Part shown: positions 52,886 to 61,669 of the stretch, in pieces
Position numbering within the stretch: the stretch's first letter is position 1
Layout of the letters: every line of letters starts with the position of its first letter
NCBI GenBank assembly: GCA_964459135.1
Contig: CAYWLI010000001.1
Coordinates: 2,506 to 66,505 of the forward strand
Length of the DNA stretch: 64,000 nt
DNA from: an uncultured Thermodesulfobacteriota bacterium
Lineage (GTDB): Bacteria; Desulfobacterota; B13-G15; RBG-16-54-18
Reading direction: 5' to 3'
Program-made: the position numbers and the translations under genes
The notes under the pieces: generated by a model
Databases searched by the model: none
Told to the model about the DNA's origin: nothing
What the model saw: only the letters and a program-made list of their open reading frames with translations

Positions 52886-53986
52886 TCACGCCGTAAGCTC
52901 AATGACCTTCGCCTTGTTCAGGTCCATGGTTCCCACCCCCAGACGCGCGGCCACGCGCAGGTAGGGGACGATCATGTCGGTGAAGTAGGTCTCGTCGTGT
53001 TCCTCCATGATGTGCGAGCAATAGGTGTCTAAGGCCACCATGTCTCCGCTCAGGATAAATCGGTTGATCCCCTGTTTGACTTCTCCCTTTCCCTTGGTGG
53101 GACCCCCCTTGGTGAGGATGGCCCTGGCATCCACGATGGAGAGCTCAGGGCGCACCGCATCGGCGAACTCGGCCAGAGCGGTCATGAAGTGGGTCTCATC
53201 GCGGAAAGCGGCCTTAGTACGCTCGTCAGCCCCCTTTATCCCCTTTTGTATGCCTTCTCCCCGGATGTGGGAGTCCCAGCGCTGGGCCCCATAGATTGCT
53301 CCAAACTGGTTTTTCAGGGCACAGGTGAGAAAGGAGGTATGATGCCTCTTCAAACAGGGCATGTTGATGATGATTGGGGCTTGATGGATCTTCTTATGCA
53401 CGATGATCTCAGGGTAGGCTCGCCAGCCATCTTTCCTGGTCTTGACGTATTCCCGCCGCCGACCCGCGTCACCGATGGTGACAGCGATCCCCTGCTCCTT
53501 CCCCCTGCGGGTGATGTCATTGAAGTTGAAAGTCTCCCGCTCAGTACCCAAGAGATAGGTCCCCGGGGCGTCGAAGACCTCCACCCCTGAAGCCCCTTCC
53601 TCCCGCAGGAGGCGGGCCATCAGAAATATCATCTCCGGATCGGTGGTGATGGGGTAGGGTTGGCGGAAGATAAAATTGGGTTTGATGAGGGCCTCTGCCC
53701 CACCCCCCACCAGGGGGTTGAGGCCACCCAGGGCCTCCAGGGCGGCTCGGAGCATGCGCTCCGGGTCCTTCCCCTGGACAGAGACTACCAAGGGTTTGCC
53801 CTCCACTACATAGGGGTTGGGGATACCTGATCGAGCCCCTTGCGCCCCCCTGAAACACCCCGTGCCCCAGGTCGACAGGATTGCTGCGCCACCGACGGCA
53901 TATTTGATAAAATCACGGCGGGATATCTCCCCGTTATCTCTTTTTTTCACGAGCATTGACTCCTTTTTCGCGCATTTTTCCCTCAT
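52886..53986 (-). CDS. Tat-signal exported protein, DUF362-like
   Basis: Twin-arginine motif SRRDFIKYAVGGAAIL. The body shares an ALKNxxG-type motif with the DUF362-ferredoxin protein at 60369. Confidence 0.5.
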   Translation of the reverse strand: MREKCAKKESMLVKKRDNGEISRRDFIKYAVGGAAILSTWGTGCFRGAQGARSGIPNPYVVEGKPLVVSVQGKDPERMLRAALEALGGLNPLVGGGAEALIKPNFIFRQPYPITTDPEMIFLMARLLREEGASGVEVFDAPGTYLLGTERETFNFNDITRRGKEQGIAVTIGDAGRRREYVKTRKDGWRAYPEIIVHKKIHQAPIIINMPCLKRHHTSFLTCALKNQFGAIYGAQRWDSHIRGEGIQKGIKGADERTKAAFRDETHFMTALAEFADAVRPELSIVDARAILTKGGPTKGKGEVKQGINRFILSGDMVALDTYCSHIMEEHDETYFTDMIVPYLRVAARLGVGTMDLNKAKVIELTA

Positions 53987-54476
53987 TTCCCCTTACCCAG
54001 GCCATCGTCCCTCCGACAAAGACACCGGTCACCAGCAAACCGAGTACGTCTATATCATAGTCAAAAGTGGTGGGGAGCCCAAGTAACGGCAAGAGGATGA
54101 GGGTGATCAGAGGGAGTATCCCCATCCCTAAGGTACTGGCCAGGAGTCCGATAGCGCCCCCAGTGATCCGTCTCCCTAACCCGCTGCGGGCACAGATAAC
54201 GCCAAAGGCCCCCCCTAGAAGAGGCCAGGCGATCCAGATGGGATAATATAGTATCAATTTGCTCAAGGCCCAATTGACCACGATGATGCCTCCCCCTAAC
54301 ACCCCAAACCAGAGCCACCTCCTTGCGGCGGCAGGGCGGGGGAGCTGAGAGGCAATACCGAGGAGGACCGCGGTGGTCAGCCACCCCCAGATCTGTTGAT
54401 CTGTGAGTTCAAAAACTATGATACCGATCACACCAGCTGCTGCACCCAGCACGATACCAATGACCACACGCTTCAT
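53934..54476 (-). CDS. Small polytopic membrane protein (unknown function)
   Basis: 180 aa with ~5 TM helices and a basic C-terminus. Confidence 0.5.
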   Translation of the reverse strand: MKRVVIGIVLGAAAGVIGIIVFELTDQQIWGWLTTAVLLGIASQLPRPAAARRWLWFGVLGGGIIVVNWALSKLILYYPIWIAWPLLGGAFGVICARSGLGRRITGGAIGLLASTLGMGILPLITLILLPLLGLPTTFDYDIDVLGLLVTGVFVGGTMAWVRGNEGKMREKGVNAREKKR

Positions 54477-55390
54477 CCTTCACCCCCTGTCGCCGGCAGT
54501 GACCTCAGGGCCCTCGTTACGCTCTGGAGCGTTGCTCCATCGAGGACCAAGATTAGGAGGTCACCCGCCACGGTTGCCCCGCCATATCCCTTCCTGCTCT
54601 TACCCAGAAAGAGCCCTTCTTTGAAAGTGCCCTCTTTGATGACCCCGGATGCCTGGAGGGATTGAAAGGCTGCCTCAGCCTGGGGACGGTCCGGATAGCG
54701 CACCATGATGACCCTGAAGGGTTGAGTCTCCGGTGCATATTGCAAGGTGATTCCTTCGCACCCTTCGCCCAGGGAGAGGACGTTCTCGTGGGAGAGGAAG
54801 TAGCTGTTGTTCAGGGCGATCATCCCCCGGAAGTAGAGGAGAGAATCCCTTACCACCCAAAATGAGGGGACGGAGGCCACGATATCGGGCCGCTCCCCCT
54901 CCTCGGTGATCTTCTGGGCGATGGCCCCCCCGAGGACCAGGATGGTCTCCTTGAGCTCCTCGTTCTCGGAGAAGACCCGCACGAAGTAACTCCCCTTCCA
55001 AAAGCCCAGCAGCCCCTGTTCATAGGTCGCATCCTGTCCTATGGAAGGGTGCTCCCCCTTGGTGTCAAAGGTGTAGATCCCGTAGGCATTGGCCGGCAGA
55101 TCCATCTGATAGATCTCGACGGTGACCTCTCCGGGGGGGGTCTGATAGCGCTGCACGCACACCTGCACAAAGCCGTATTCGTAATAGAGCTCCGCCCCTC
55201 CGTTCATGTAATCGAAGAGCTTCGTATCCGTATAAATACGAGGTCTCCCCCCCTTCGTGATCCCCGGCACATCTGCGGAGGAAGGGAGGAGCCCCTTGAG
55301 CTCGCCACCGCCTCCTGAACACCCCCATATCAGGAGAGGAAAGAGAAAGACCAAAAAAATATTCCGTTTCAATGTTTTTACCCTCCTCAC
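54473..55390 (-). CDS. Putative lipoprotein (unknown function)
   Basis: Signal plus lipobox LIWGC. 305 aa. Contains a C8 homopolymer (codons Pro-Pro). Confidence 0.55.
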   Translation of the reverse strand: MRRVKTLKRNIFLVFLFPLLIWGCSGGGGELKGLLPSSADVPGITKGGRPRIYTDTKLFDYMNGGAELYYEYGFVQVCVQRYQTPPGEVTVEIYQMDLPANAYGIYTFDTKGEHPSIGQDATYEQGLLGFWKGSYFVRVFSENEELKETILVLGGAIAQKITEEGERPDIVASVPSFWVVRDSLLYFRGMIALNNSYFLSHENVLSLGEGCEGITLQYAPETQPFRVIMVRYPDRPQAEAAFQSLQASGVIKEGTFKEGLFLGKSRKGYGGATVAGDLLILVLDGATLQSVTRALRSLPATGGEG

Positions 55391-55486
55391 ATACAGTCTT
55401 CCATTGCTAACACACCCCCCTCTGGGAAGTCAAGCATCATCAGAATACAGAGTCATTGGACTTCACGTTGTGCTTGATTTGACGAG

Positions 55487-56665
55487 CTATACTTTTACTT
55501 TGTGTCCGGCGCGAAGTTCATCAATGGGGTACCACGTCCCCCGCCAGGTGATCCCCCCCCGCAGCATACACATAATCCCCGAGCGCAGGAGCATGAGGGA
55601 GATCAATATGTGTCCGACTTGCACCAAAAGCAAGGGGAGCAGCTTCTGCTTGAACATGACCTTCACCCCAACAGCACCGGCGATTAAAAAGAGGTAAGCG
55701 ATCAGCCCCATGATGAGCAGAAAGGGGATCTTCAGGGAATAGAGGATGGCGACGAGGGGTGCGAGGGCGTACGCCCACGCCAGCACGACGATACCAATCA
55801 TCCTCGGGATGCTATAGAAGGCTAACACACCAAAGAAATTCTTTTCCAGACCCTTAAACATAGCTCGCAGTGTCGGGTACCAGGTAAATGAGACGTCCTG
55901 CAGGGTGATGGCAAAACTGCTCACGGCCCCTGAGCGCTGCAGCAGCAAACCCAAGCCCACATCATCGACGACCTCCATGCGAAGCCAGGCGAATCCTTCG
56001 GTTCGATCGAGGGCTGCTTTTCTGACGAGGTTGAAGGCCCCGGCACCGACAAAGGCCTTTGTACCGGGTTTGCCGATGTGCGCGGCCCTGGTGGCCAGTA
56101 CAAAGACACCCCCAACGGCCTGCAAGACCACCCCCAACCAAAAGGATGGGGCGTGGGGCACCGGCATGAGGGCGAGGTGGTCGCTGTGGTCTGCACGGAC
56201 GAAGGCGATGGCCTTACGCAAGGCACCTTGTTTGAAATAGACATCGGCGTCGGTGTAGAGGATCCACTCGCCGCTTGTCTTCTGTGTGCCGACGTGCAGG
56301 GCGTGCACCTTGCCGAGCCATCCAGTGGGGAGGTGTTTGATATGCGCCGTTCGGACACGGGAGTCCTTGCGGGCAATCTTTTCAATCAGAGCCCCGGTCC
56401 CATCGGTTGATCGGTCATTGACCACAACGATCTCGAGATCGGGATAATCCTGGTGGAGGAGGGTATCAACGGCTTCTTCAATGGTGTCGGCATCGTTGCA
56501 CGTGGCGATGACGACGCTGAGCCGAGGCCATTCCCCCGGGAGGGGAGGATCCGCCTTTTCAAATATGCGAATCCTGCGGAAGAGAAGTACTATGAGAAAG
56601 GAGGCACACCATGCCAAACAAAAGAGGATGCAATAAATGGTGACTATCCAATCGCTAATGCCCAC
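55487..56665 (-). CDS. Family 2 glycosyltransferase (HpnI/ceramide-glucosyltransferase-like, membrane-anchored)
   Basis: 392 aa with GT-A motifs: LSVVIATCNDADTIEEAV, DLEIVVVNDRSTDGT, YTDADV (DxD). Flanked by TM helices. Confidence 0.75.
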   Translation of the reverse strand: MGISDWIVTIYCILFCLAWCASFLIVLLFRRIRIFEKADPPLPGEWPRLSVVIATCNDADTIEEAVDTLLHQDYPDLEIVVVNDRSTDGTGALIEKIARKDSRVRTAHIKHLPTGWLGKVHALHVGTQKTSGEWILYTDADVYFKQGALRKAIAFVRADHSDHLALMPVPHAPSFWLGVVLQAVGGVFVLATRAAHIGKPGTKAFVGAGAFNLVRKAALDRTEGFAWLRMEVVDDVGLGLLLQRSGAVSSFAITLQDVSFTWYPTLRAMFKGLEKNFFGVLAFYSIPRMIGIVVLAWAYALAPLVAILYSLKIPFLLIMGLIAYLFLIAGAVGVKVMFKQKLLPLLLVQVGHILISLMLLRSGIMCMLRGGITWRGTWYPIDELRAGHKVKV

Positions 56666-56671
56666 GTGATG

Positions 56672-57187
56672 TTATTCTGGCCCTCCAACCTTTTCATGCG
56701 GCCATCGTGATATACCTCCCCAATTCATGAGCCGCGTGTACCCTTCTTTTTCCAATTTCTTAATAACCCCTTGGGCGCGACCACCTGTCTCACAATATAC
56801 AATGAGATATATCTCCTTCGGTATCTCATTCAGACGGGAGAGTATCCCAGAGGAAGGGAATGACCGGGCAGTTGGGATATGACCCTTCTGATATGCAGAA
56901 GCGGGGCGGACATCTATGATCCAAATGGAATCATCTGGGTTTGCAACTAACGCTTGTAATTTTTCAGGCGGCAGATATTGTTTGAGTACCTCCCCTTCTG
57001 AACCGACATACCCCTCAAAGCAACCGGTTAAAACGAATACCGCGAGAACAACAAAGCTTACGAGAATTAATCTCACATATGATTTTTTCTGTATCATTGG
57101 GTTCCTCCTTGTTTGTATCCTAATTTGGGGAATTGAGAAAATCTTCGCTTTTAGTGTGATTTTTGCCCTGCTATCCTGACGTGTCAA
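56672..57187 (-). CDS. Rhodanese-domain sulfurtransferase with an N-terminal membrane anchor/signal
   Basis: 171 aa with the active-site loop VYCETGGRAQ (CxxGxR). Confidence 0.7.
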   Translation of the reverse strand: MTRQDSRAKITLKAKIFSIPQIRIQTRRNPMIQKKSYVRLILVSFVVLAVFVLTGCFEGYVGSEGEVLKQYLPPEKLQALVANPDDSIWIIDVRPASAYQKGHIPTARSFPSSGILSRLNEIPKEIYLIVYCETGGRAQGVIKKLEKEGYTRLMNWGGISRWPHEKVGGPE

Positions 57188-57196
57188 AATGGTTGA

Positions 57197-58546
57197 TTAT
57201 TGAAACCTCCTACGCTTCCATGGAAGCTTGGTCCACCCAAGCTTTTCACCCCCGAGGATCTTTTTATGGACGAAGCGGCGTTGAAAGAAATTGAAGGGAA
57301 AGTAGATGGCCTTATTGACGAGGGTGGGGCGAAACTCCCACTGAAATCTCTGGAGTATGGAGGTGTAGGAGTAAAACTCCCGCCAGGTCCATTCCCATCC
57401 CTCCCTGAGCTCCTCACGGGTCATCCCGCGAGGGTGGAAGTGAGGGGCGCGGTCCCCCTGATTCTCTAAGAGCCACCATCGCTCCTCGGTCAACCTCCCC
57501 TCCTCCTTGAGTCGTTCGTAGAGGGCGGTGCCGGGGTAGGGGGTGAGGATGGGAAAGTTCACCGAGAAGAACTTGGCCTCGATAGCGAAACGCACCGTCT
57601 GTTCAAAGATCCCCTTGTCATCGTGGTCAAAACCAAACATAAAGGAGGCCCAGATCGCGATCCCGTGACGATGCAGGTTGCGGATTATCGACAAGTAATC
57701 AGCTGGCCGATTCTGATGCTTCCGCGACGCTCGGATATTGTCCTCGGACATAGATTCGAAGCCGATGAGCACCCCCTTGCAGCCGCTTTTCGCCAAGAGC
57801 TTGATCTGCGCCTCATCCTCCAGGCCGGCCAGGGAGGCCTGCCCGATCCACCACTTGCGCAGAGGGATGAGGGCCTCGAGTAGCTGCTGAGAGTAGCGGG
57901 GGTGACCAACGATATTGTCATCGGCGAACATAATCACTTTATGTCGCAGGGAGCGGGCCTCGACTATGACGTTCTCGATGGGACGGTAGCGATAGGTCCC
58001 GCCGAAGAATCTCCTCACCGAGCAGAAGTCGCATAAATAGGGGCAACCCCTGGTGGCCTGCAAGGAATCTATGGGGAAATAGTCTTTGGCACGGTAGATC
58101 TCGCGACGGGCCAAAGGAATTTCTTCTGGGGGGGTAAAATCCCTCTGCTGATATATTCTCTCTAGGTTTCCTCTGCGGAAGTCACCGATCAGGCGGGGCC
58201 AGCTTTCCTCTGCCTCCCCTACCACCACGGCATCGCAGTGTTCCAGGGCCTCATCTGGGAGGGCTGTGGGGTGGATACCACCCATGACTACAGGGATCCC
58301 TCGCTCACGATAGGCTTGGGCGATCTGGTAGGATCGAAGGGCGGTTTTGGTGGAACAGGAAATCCCTACCAGATCCACTTCCTTCAGGTCGCCATTCAGG
58401 TCTATGGGGTTGATGAGGTCGTCGCTGAAGGAGACCTCCACCTCGGGCGGGGTGAGGGCGGCCACCGTCGCGAGGGAGAGATTGGGGATGGGGGCGTTAT
58501 CCTCTGCCGCCGGGGTGATGAGCTCTAATCGTATTCGTGTCGTCAT
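57197..58546 (-). CDS. B12-binding-domain radical SAM enzyme (HpnJ-like class B rSAM)
   Basis: 449 aa with an N-terminal cobalamin-binding Rossmann region and a CxxxCxxC cluster (RGCPYLCDFCS). Confidence 0.75.
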   Translation of the reverse strand: MTTRIRLELITPAAEDNAPIPNLSLATVAALTPPEVEVSFSDDLINPIDLNGDLKEVDLVGISCSTKTALRSYQIAQAYRERGIPVVMGGIHPTALPDEALEHCDAVVVGEAEESWPRLIGDFRRGNLERIYQQRDFTPPEEIPLARREIYRAKDYFPIDSLQATRGCPYLCDFCSVRRFFGGTYRYRPIENVIVEARSLRHKVIMFADDNIVGHPRYSQQLLEALIPLRKWWIGQASLAGLEDEAQIKLLAKSGCKGVLIGFESMSEDNIRASRKHQNRPADYLSIIRNLHRHGIAIWASFMFGFDHDDKGIFEQTVRFAIEAKFFSVNFPILTPYPGTALYERLKEEGRLTEERWWLLENQGDRAPHFHPRGMTREELREGWEWTWREFYSYTSILQRFQWEFRPTLVNKAIYFPFNFFQRRFVHKKILGGEKLGWTKLPWKRRRFQ

Positions 58547-58652
58547 TGTTACACCTAAGCTCCTCTCAGGATATTATCAGAAGCGGGATTAAAAGGCGAG
58601 GAGAGAGTGAAGGAACTGTATTTTTCACAATTCTTGTAAATAGCTTGACAAT

Positions 58653-59282
58653 ATGATGAGAGGCCTCTATGTATCTATGAGGAGTGGAGGTGTGTCGGGA
58701 ATGAAATGTTCTCATGAACTACCGGACACAAAGGGTGAAATTACCCCAGAGCAGACTGCGGAACTTCTACAGGAATTCCGTGTCCCCCACCATATAATCG
58801 CTCACAGCAAGAAGGTTGCTGAGGTGGCCTGCTTTCTTGCCAGTGAACTCAATAAGGTCGGTTACGCCCTGGAGCTTTCCTTGGTCGAGGTCGGGGCCCT
58901 CCTGCACGATATTGCGAGGATCCACAGCATCGAGACGGGTGACGATCACACCAGCGTGGGGGGAACGTGGCTCAAAGAGAAGGGGTTTGATAGGGTGGCT
59001 GATATCGTTCGCCATCACGTCCATTTTCCCGATGAGGAGATGAGGATTTCCGAGGTAGCGGTGGTCAATTATGCGGATAAACGGGTGATGGAGACAACGA
59101 TCGTGGACCTCAATGAGCGGTTTGAAGATTTTATTCAGAGACACGGGGTGACAGGAAAGGAATTGGAGCGCTTAGATGAATTTAGAGAAAGGATTAAAAA
59201 ACTAGAACACATCCTCTTTTTTCCTCTCCCCTTTGGTCCTGAAGAATTGGTGAGGAGGATCGAAGGTGAGCGGCCAGTATAG
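58653..59282 (+). CDS. HD-domain phosphohydrolase
   Basis: 209 aa with H...HD...D motifs (HSKKVAEVA, LLHDIARI). Confidence 0.65.
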   Translation: MMRGLYVSMRSGGVSGMKCSHELPDTKGEITPEQTAELLQEFRVPHHIIAHSKKVAEVACFLASELNKVGYALELSLVEVGALLHDIARIHSIETGDDHTSVGGTWLKEKGFDRVADIVRHHVHFPDEEMRISEVAVVNYADKRVMETTIVDLNERFEDFIQRHGVTGKELERLDEFRERIKKLEHILFFPLPFGPEELVRRIEGERPV

Positions 59283-59415
59283 GAGTCGAAGAGACTATCC
59301 GCCGTCCGCTCATTGGATCAAAAGACGTTCCCTTTCTTGTTTCTCTTTGACAAAAAGGGAATCTTGTGATTTTTTAGAAAATTGAGATTATACTACTAGT
59401 TAAGCGGAGTAAGAG

Positions 59416-60366
59416 ATGACAGTTCTTTTCGCCAATTCTGTGAAACGGATCAGAATCGGCACGAGAGGGAGCAAGCTCGCCCTTCGGCAAACCGTATGGG
59501 TGCGGGAGCGGATCGCCGAGCACCATCCGGGCATCCAGATAGAGGTGGTCAGGATCAAGACTAACGGTGACAAGATTACCGATGTCCCCCTGGCCACGGT
59601 GGGGGGGAAGGGGCTTTTTGTCAAGGAGATCGAGGAGGCCCTCCTGCGCAAGGAGATAGACCTGGCGGTGCACAGCATGAAGGATGTGCCCACCGAGCTT
59701 CCAGCAGGCCTGCACCTGGGGGCCATTACTGAGCGGGAGGACCCCCGTGATGTCCTGGTCTCAAGGGATGGACTGAGGCTGCAGGCATTTCCCCCCGGGG
59801 CCCGGATGGGGACCTCTTCACTCAGGAGGGGGGCCCAGCTTCTGGGGGTCAACCCGCAGTGGAAGATTATCCCTCTGCGGGGCAACTTGGATACCAGGAT
59901 TAGGAAGTTGAAGACCGGGGACCTCGACGCAGTAATACTGGCTGCTGCGGGGGTTCGCAGGATGGGGTTGGAGGATCGGGTCACTGAATACCTCCCTCCC
60001 GATGTGATGCTTCCGGCTGTCGGCCAAGGTGCCCTGGGGATTGAGTGTCTTCAAGAGGGGGCGGTCAACGAGTTGATCGCCTTTCTGAACCACCCCGACA
60101 GCGCCATGGCAGTGGAAGGGGAGCGGGCCTTTTTGCGCCGGCTGGAGGGTGGGTGCCAGGTTCCCATTGCTGCCTATGGTGAAATACGCGCAGGGGAGCT
60201 TCTCTTACGCGGGATGGTGGCTCATCTTGACGGATCGCGCTTCTTCCGCGCCGAGGCCCAGGGGGATGACCCCGAGACAGTGGGGGAGCGCTTGGCCGAA
60301 GACCTACTGGCCCAGGGGGCTGATAAGGTCCTGCAGGAGATTTATTCACATTTGAGCGAGGCATAA
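59416..60366 (+). CDS. hemC: Hydroxymethylbilane synthase (porphobilinogen deaminase)
   Basis: 316 aa: RIGTRGSKLALRQT...KTNGDKI..., canonical HemC. Confidence 0.92.
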   Translation: MTVLFANSVKRIRIGTRGSKLALRQTVWVRERIAEHHPGIQIEVVRIKTNGDKITDVPLATVGGKGLFVKEIEEALLRKEIDLAVHSMKDVPTELPAGLHLGAITEREDPRDVLVSRDGLRLQAFPPGARMGTSSLRRGAQLLGVNPQWKIIPLRGNLDTRIRKLKTGDLDAVILAAAGVRRMGLEDRVTEYLPPDVMLPAVGQGALGIECLQEGAVNELIAFLNHPDSAMAVEGERAFLRRLEGGCQVPIAAYGEIRAGELLLRGMVAHLDGSRFFRAEAQGDDPETVGERLAEDLLAQGADKVLQEIYSHLSEA

Positions 60367-60368
60367 AC

Positions 60369-61475
60369 ATGGTAAGTAAGGTCTATTTCGCTGACCTGCG
60401 GACCACGCACACCAGAAACCTGTTGGACAAAGTAGGGGAGTTATTGGACAAGGTGGAGCTCTCCAAGCGGATTAAGGCGAAGGGGACTGTGGCCATCAAA
60501 CTCCATTTCGGCGAGCGCGGGAACACCGCCTATGTCAGGCCCGTCTTCCTGCGCAGCATCGTCGACCGGGTGAAAGAGCTGGGGGGCAGGCCCTTCCTCA
60601 CCGATACCTGCACCCTCTACGGTGGTACCAGGTCCAATGCCGTGTCGCACCTCACCACGGCGGAAGAGCACGGTTTTGCCTTCTCCGTAGTCGGTGCCCC
60701 CATTATTATCGCCGATGGCCTTTTGGGGAACGCCTTTGTGCGGGTGCCGATCGAGGGGAAGGCCTTTCAGGAGGTAAGCATTGCCCATGCGATCTATTAT
60801 GCTGATTCATTCATCGGGGTGACACACTTTAAGGGGCACGAACTTACTGGCTTCGGCGGGGCCCTAAAGAACGTCGGGATGGGGTGCGCGAGCCGGGAGG
60901 GGAAGCTGAATCAGCACTCCACACTCGGTCCTAAGGTGAAGAGAAAAGCGTGCGTGGGGTGTGGGGCCTGTATCGAATGGTGCACCTATGGGGCCCCCGA
61001 GATGCGGGATGGAAAGGCCTTTATCAACCCCGACAAGTGCGTGGAATGCGGGGAGTGCATTGCGATCTGCCCGGAGGGGGCAATCCAGATTCGCTGGAAT
61101 GAAGCCTCCCCGGCGTTCCAGCGAAAGATGGTGGAGTACGCAGTAGGGGCGTTGAAAAACAAGGGGGAACGGGTCGCCTTTGTGAGCTTCATCACCCAGG
61201 TGAGCCCCTATTGCGATTGCTACGGGTACAGCGATGCCCCTATCGTAGGGGATGTGGGTATCCTCTCATCGGATGATCCGGTGGCTATTGATCAGGCATC
61301 CGTCGATCTGGTGAATGCCCAGCCCGGCAGCGTGATTTCTCCCTATACACAGGATCTGCCCCCGGGGGCGGACAAATTCCGGGCCGTGCACCGGGAGGTG
61401 GACTGGGAGGTCCAGTTGGCACATGCTGAGGAGATGGGTTTAGGAAGAAGGGAGTATGAGCTTGTGAGCATATGA
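60369..61475 (+). CDS. DUF362-domain protein fused to a 2x[4Fe-4S] ferredoxin domain
   Basis: 368 aa with two CxxCxxCxxxCP motifs (CVGCGACIEWCTYGAP, CVECGECIAICPEGA). Its start lies 2 nt after the hemC stop. Confidence 0.65.
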   Translation: MVSKVYFADLRTTHTRNLLDKVGELLDKVELSKRIKAKGTVAIKLHFGERGNTAYVRPVFLRSIVDRVKELGGRPFLTDTCTLYGGTRSNAVSHLTTAEEHGFAFSVVGAPIIIADGLLGNAFVRVPIEGKAFQEVSIAHAIYYADSFIGVTHFKGHELTGFGGALKNVGMGCASREGKLNQHSTLGPKVKRKACVGCGACIEWCTYGAPEMRDGKAFINPDKCVECGECIAICPEGAIQIRWNEASPAFQRKMVEYAVGALKNKGERVAFVSFITQVSPYCDCYGYSDAPIVGDVGILSSDDPVAIDQASVDLVNAQPGSVISPYTQDLPPGADKFRAVHREVDWEVQLAHAEEMGLGRREYELVSI

Positions 61476-61669
61476 CGAGGTCGCTTTGCTCATTTCTTTC
61501 TTGTTGTATACGATGAGTTTATATACTTATGTTTTAGAGAAACGGGTGCTCATCGAATTATGCAATTCTATTTTAAGAACGTCAGCATTCCCGATATGAA
61601 TAGTGTGGTCGATGCCCTCTCAGGGTGTTGACCCTCACATATTCTCTCATCAGTAAGGGAGGAGATCCC

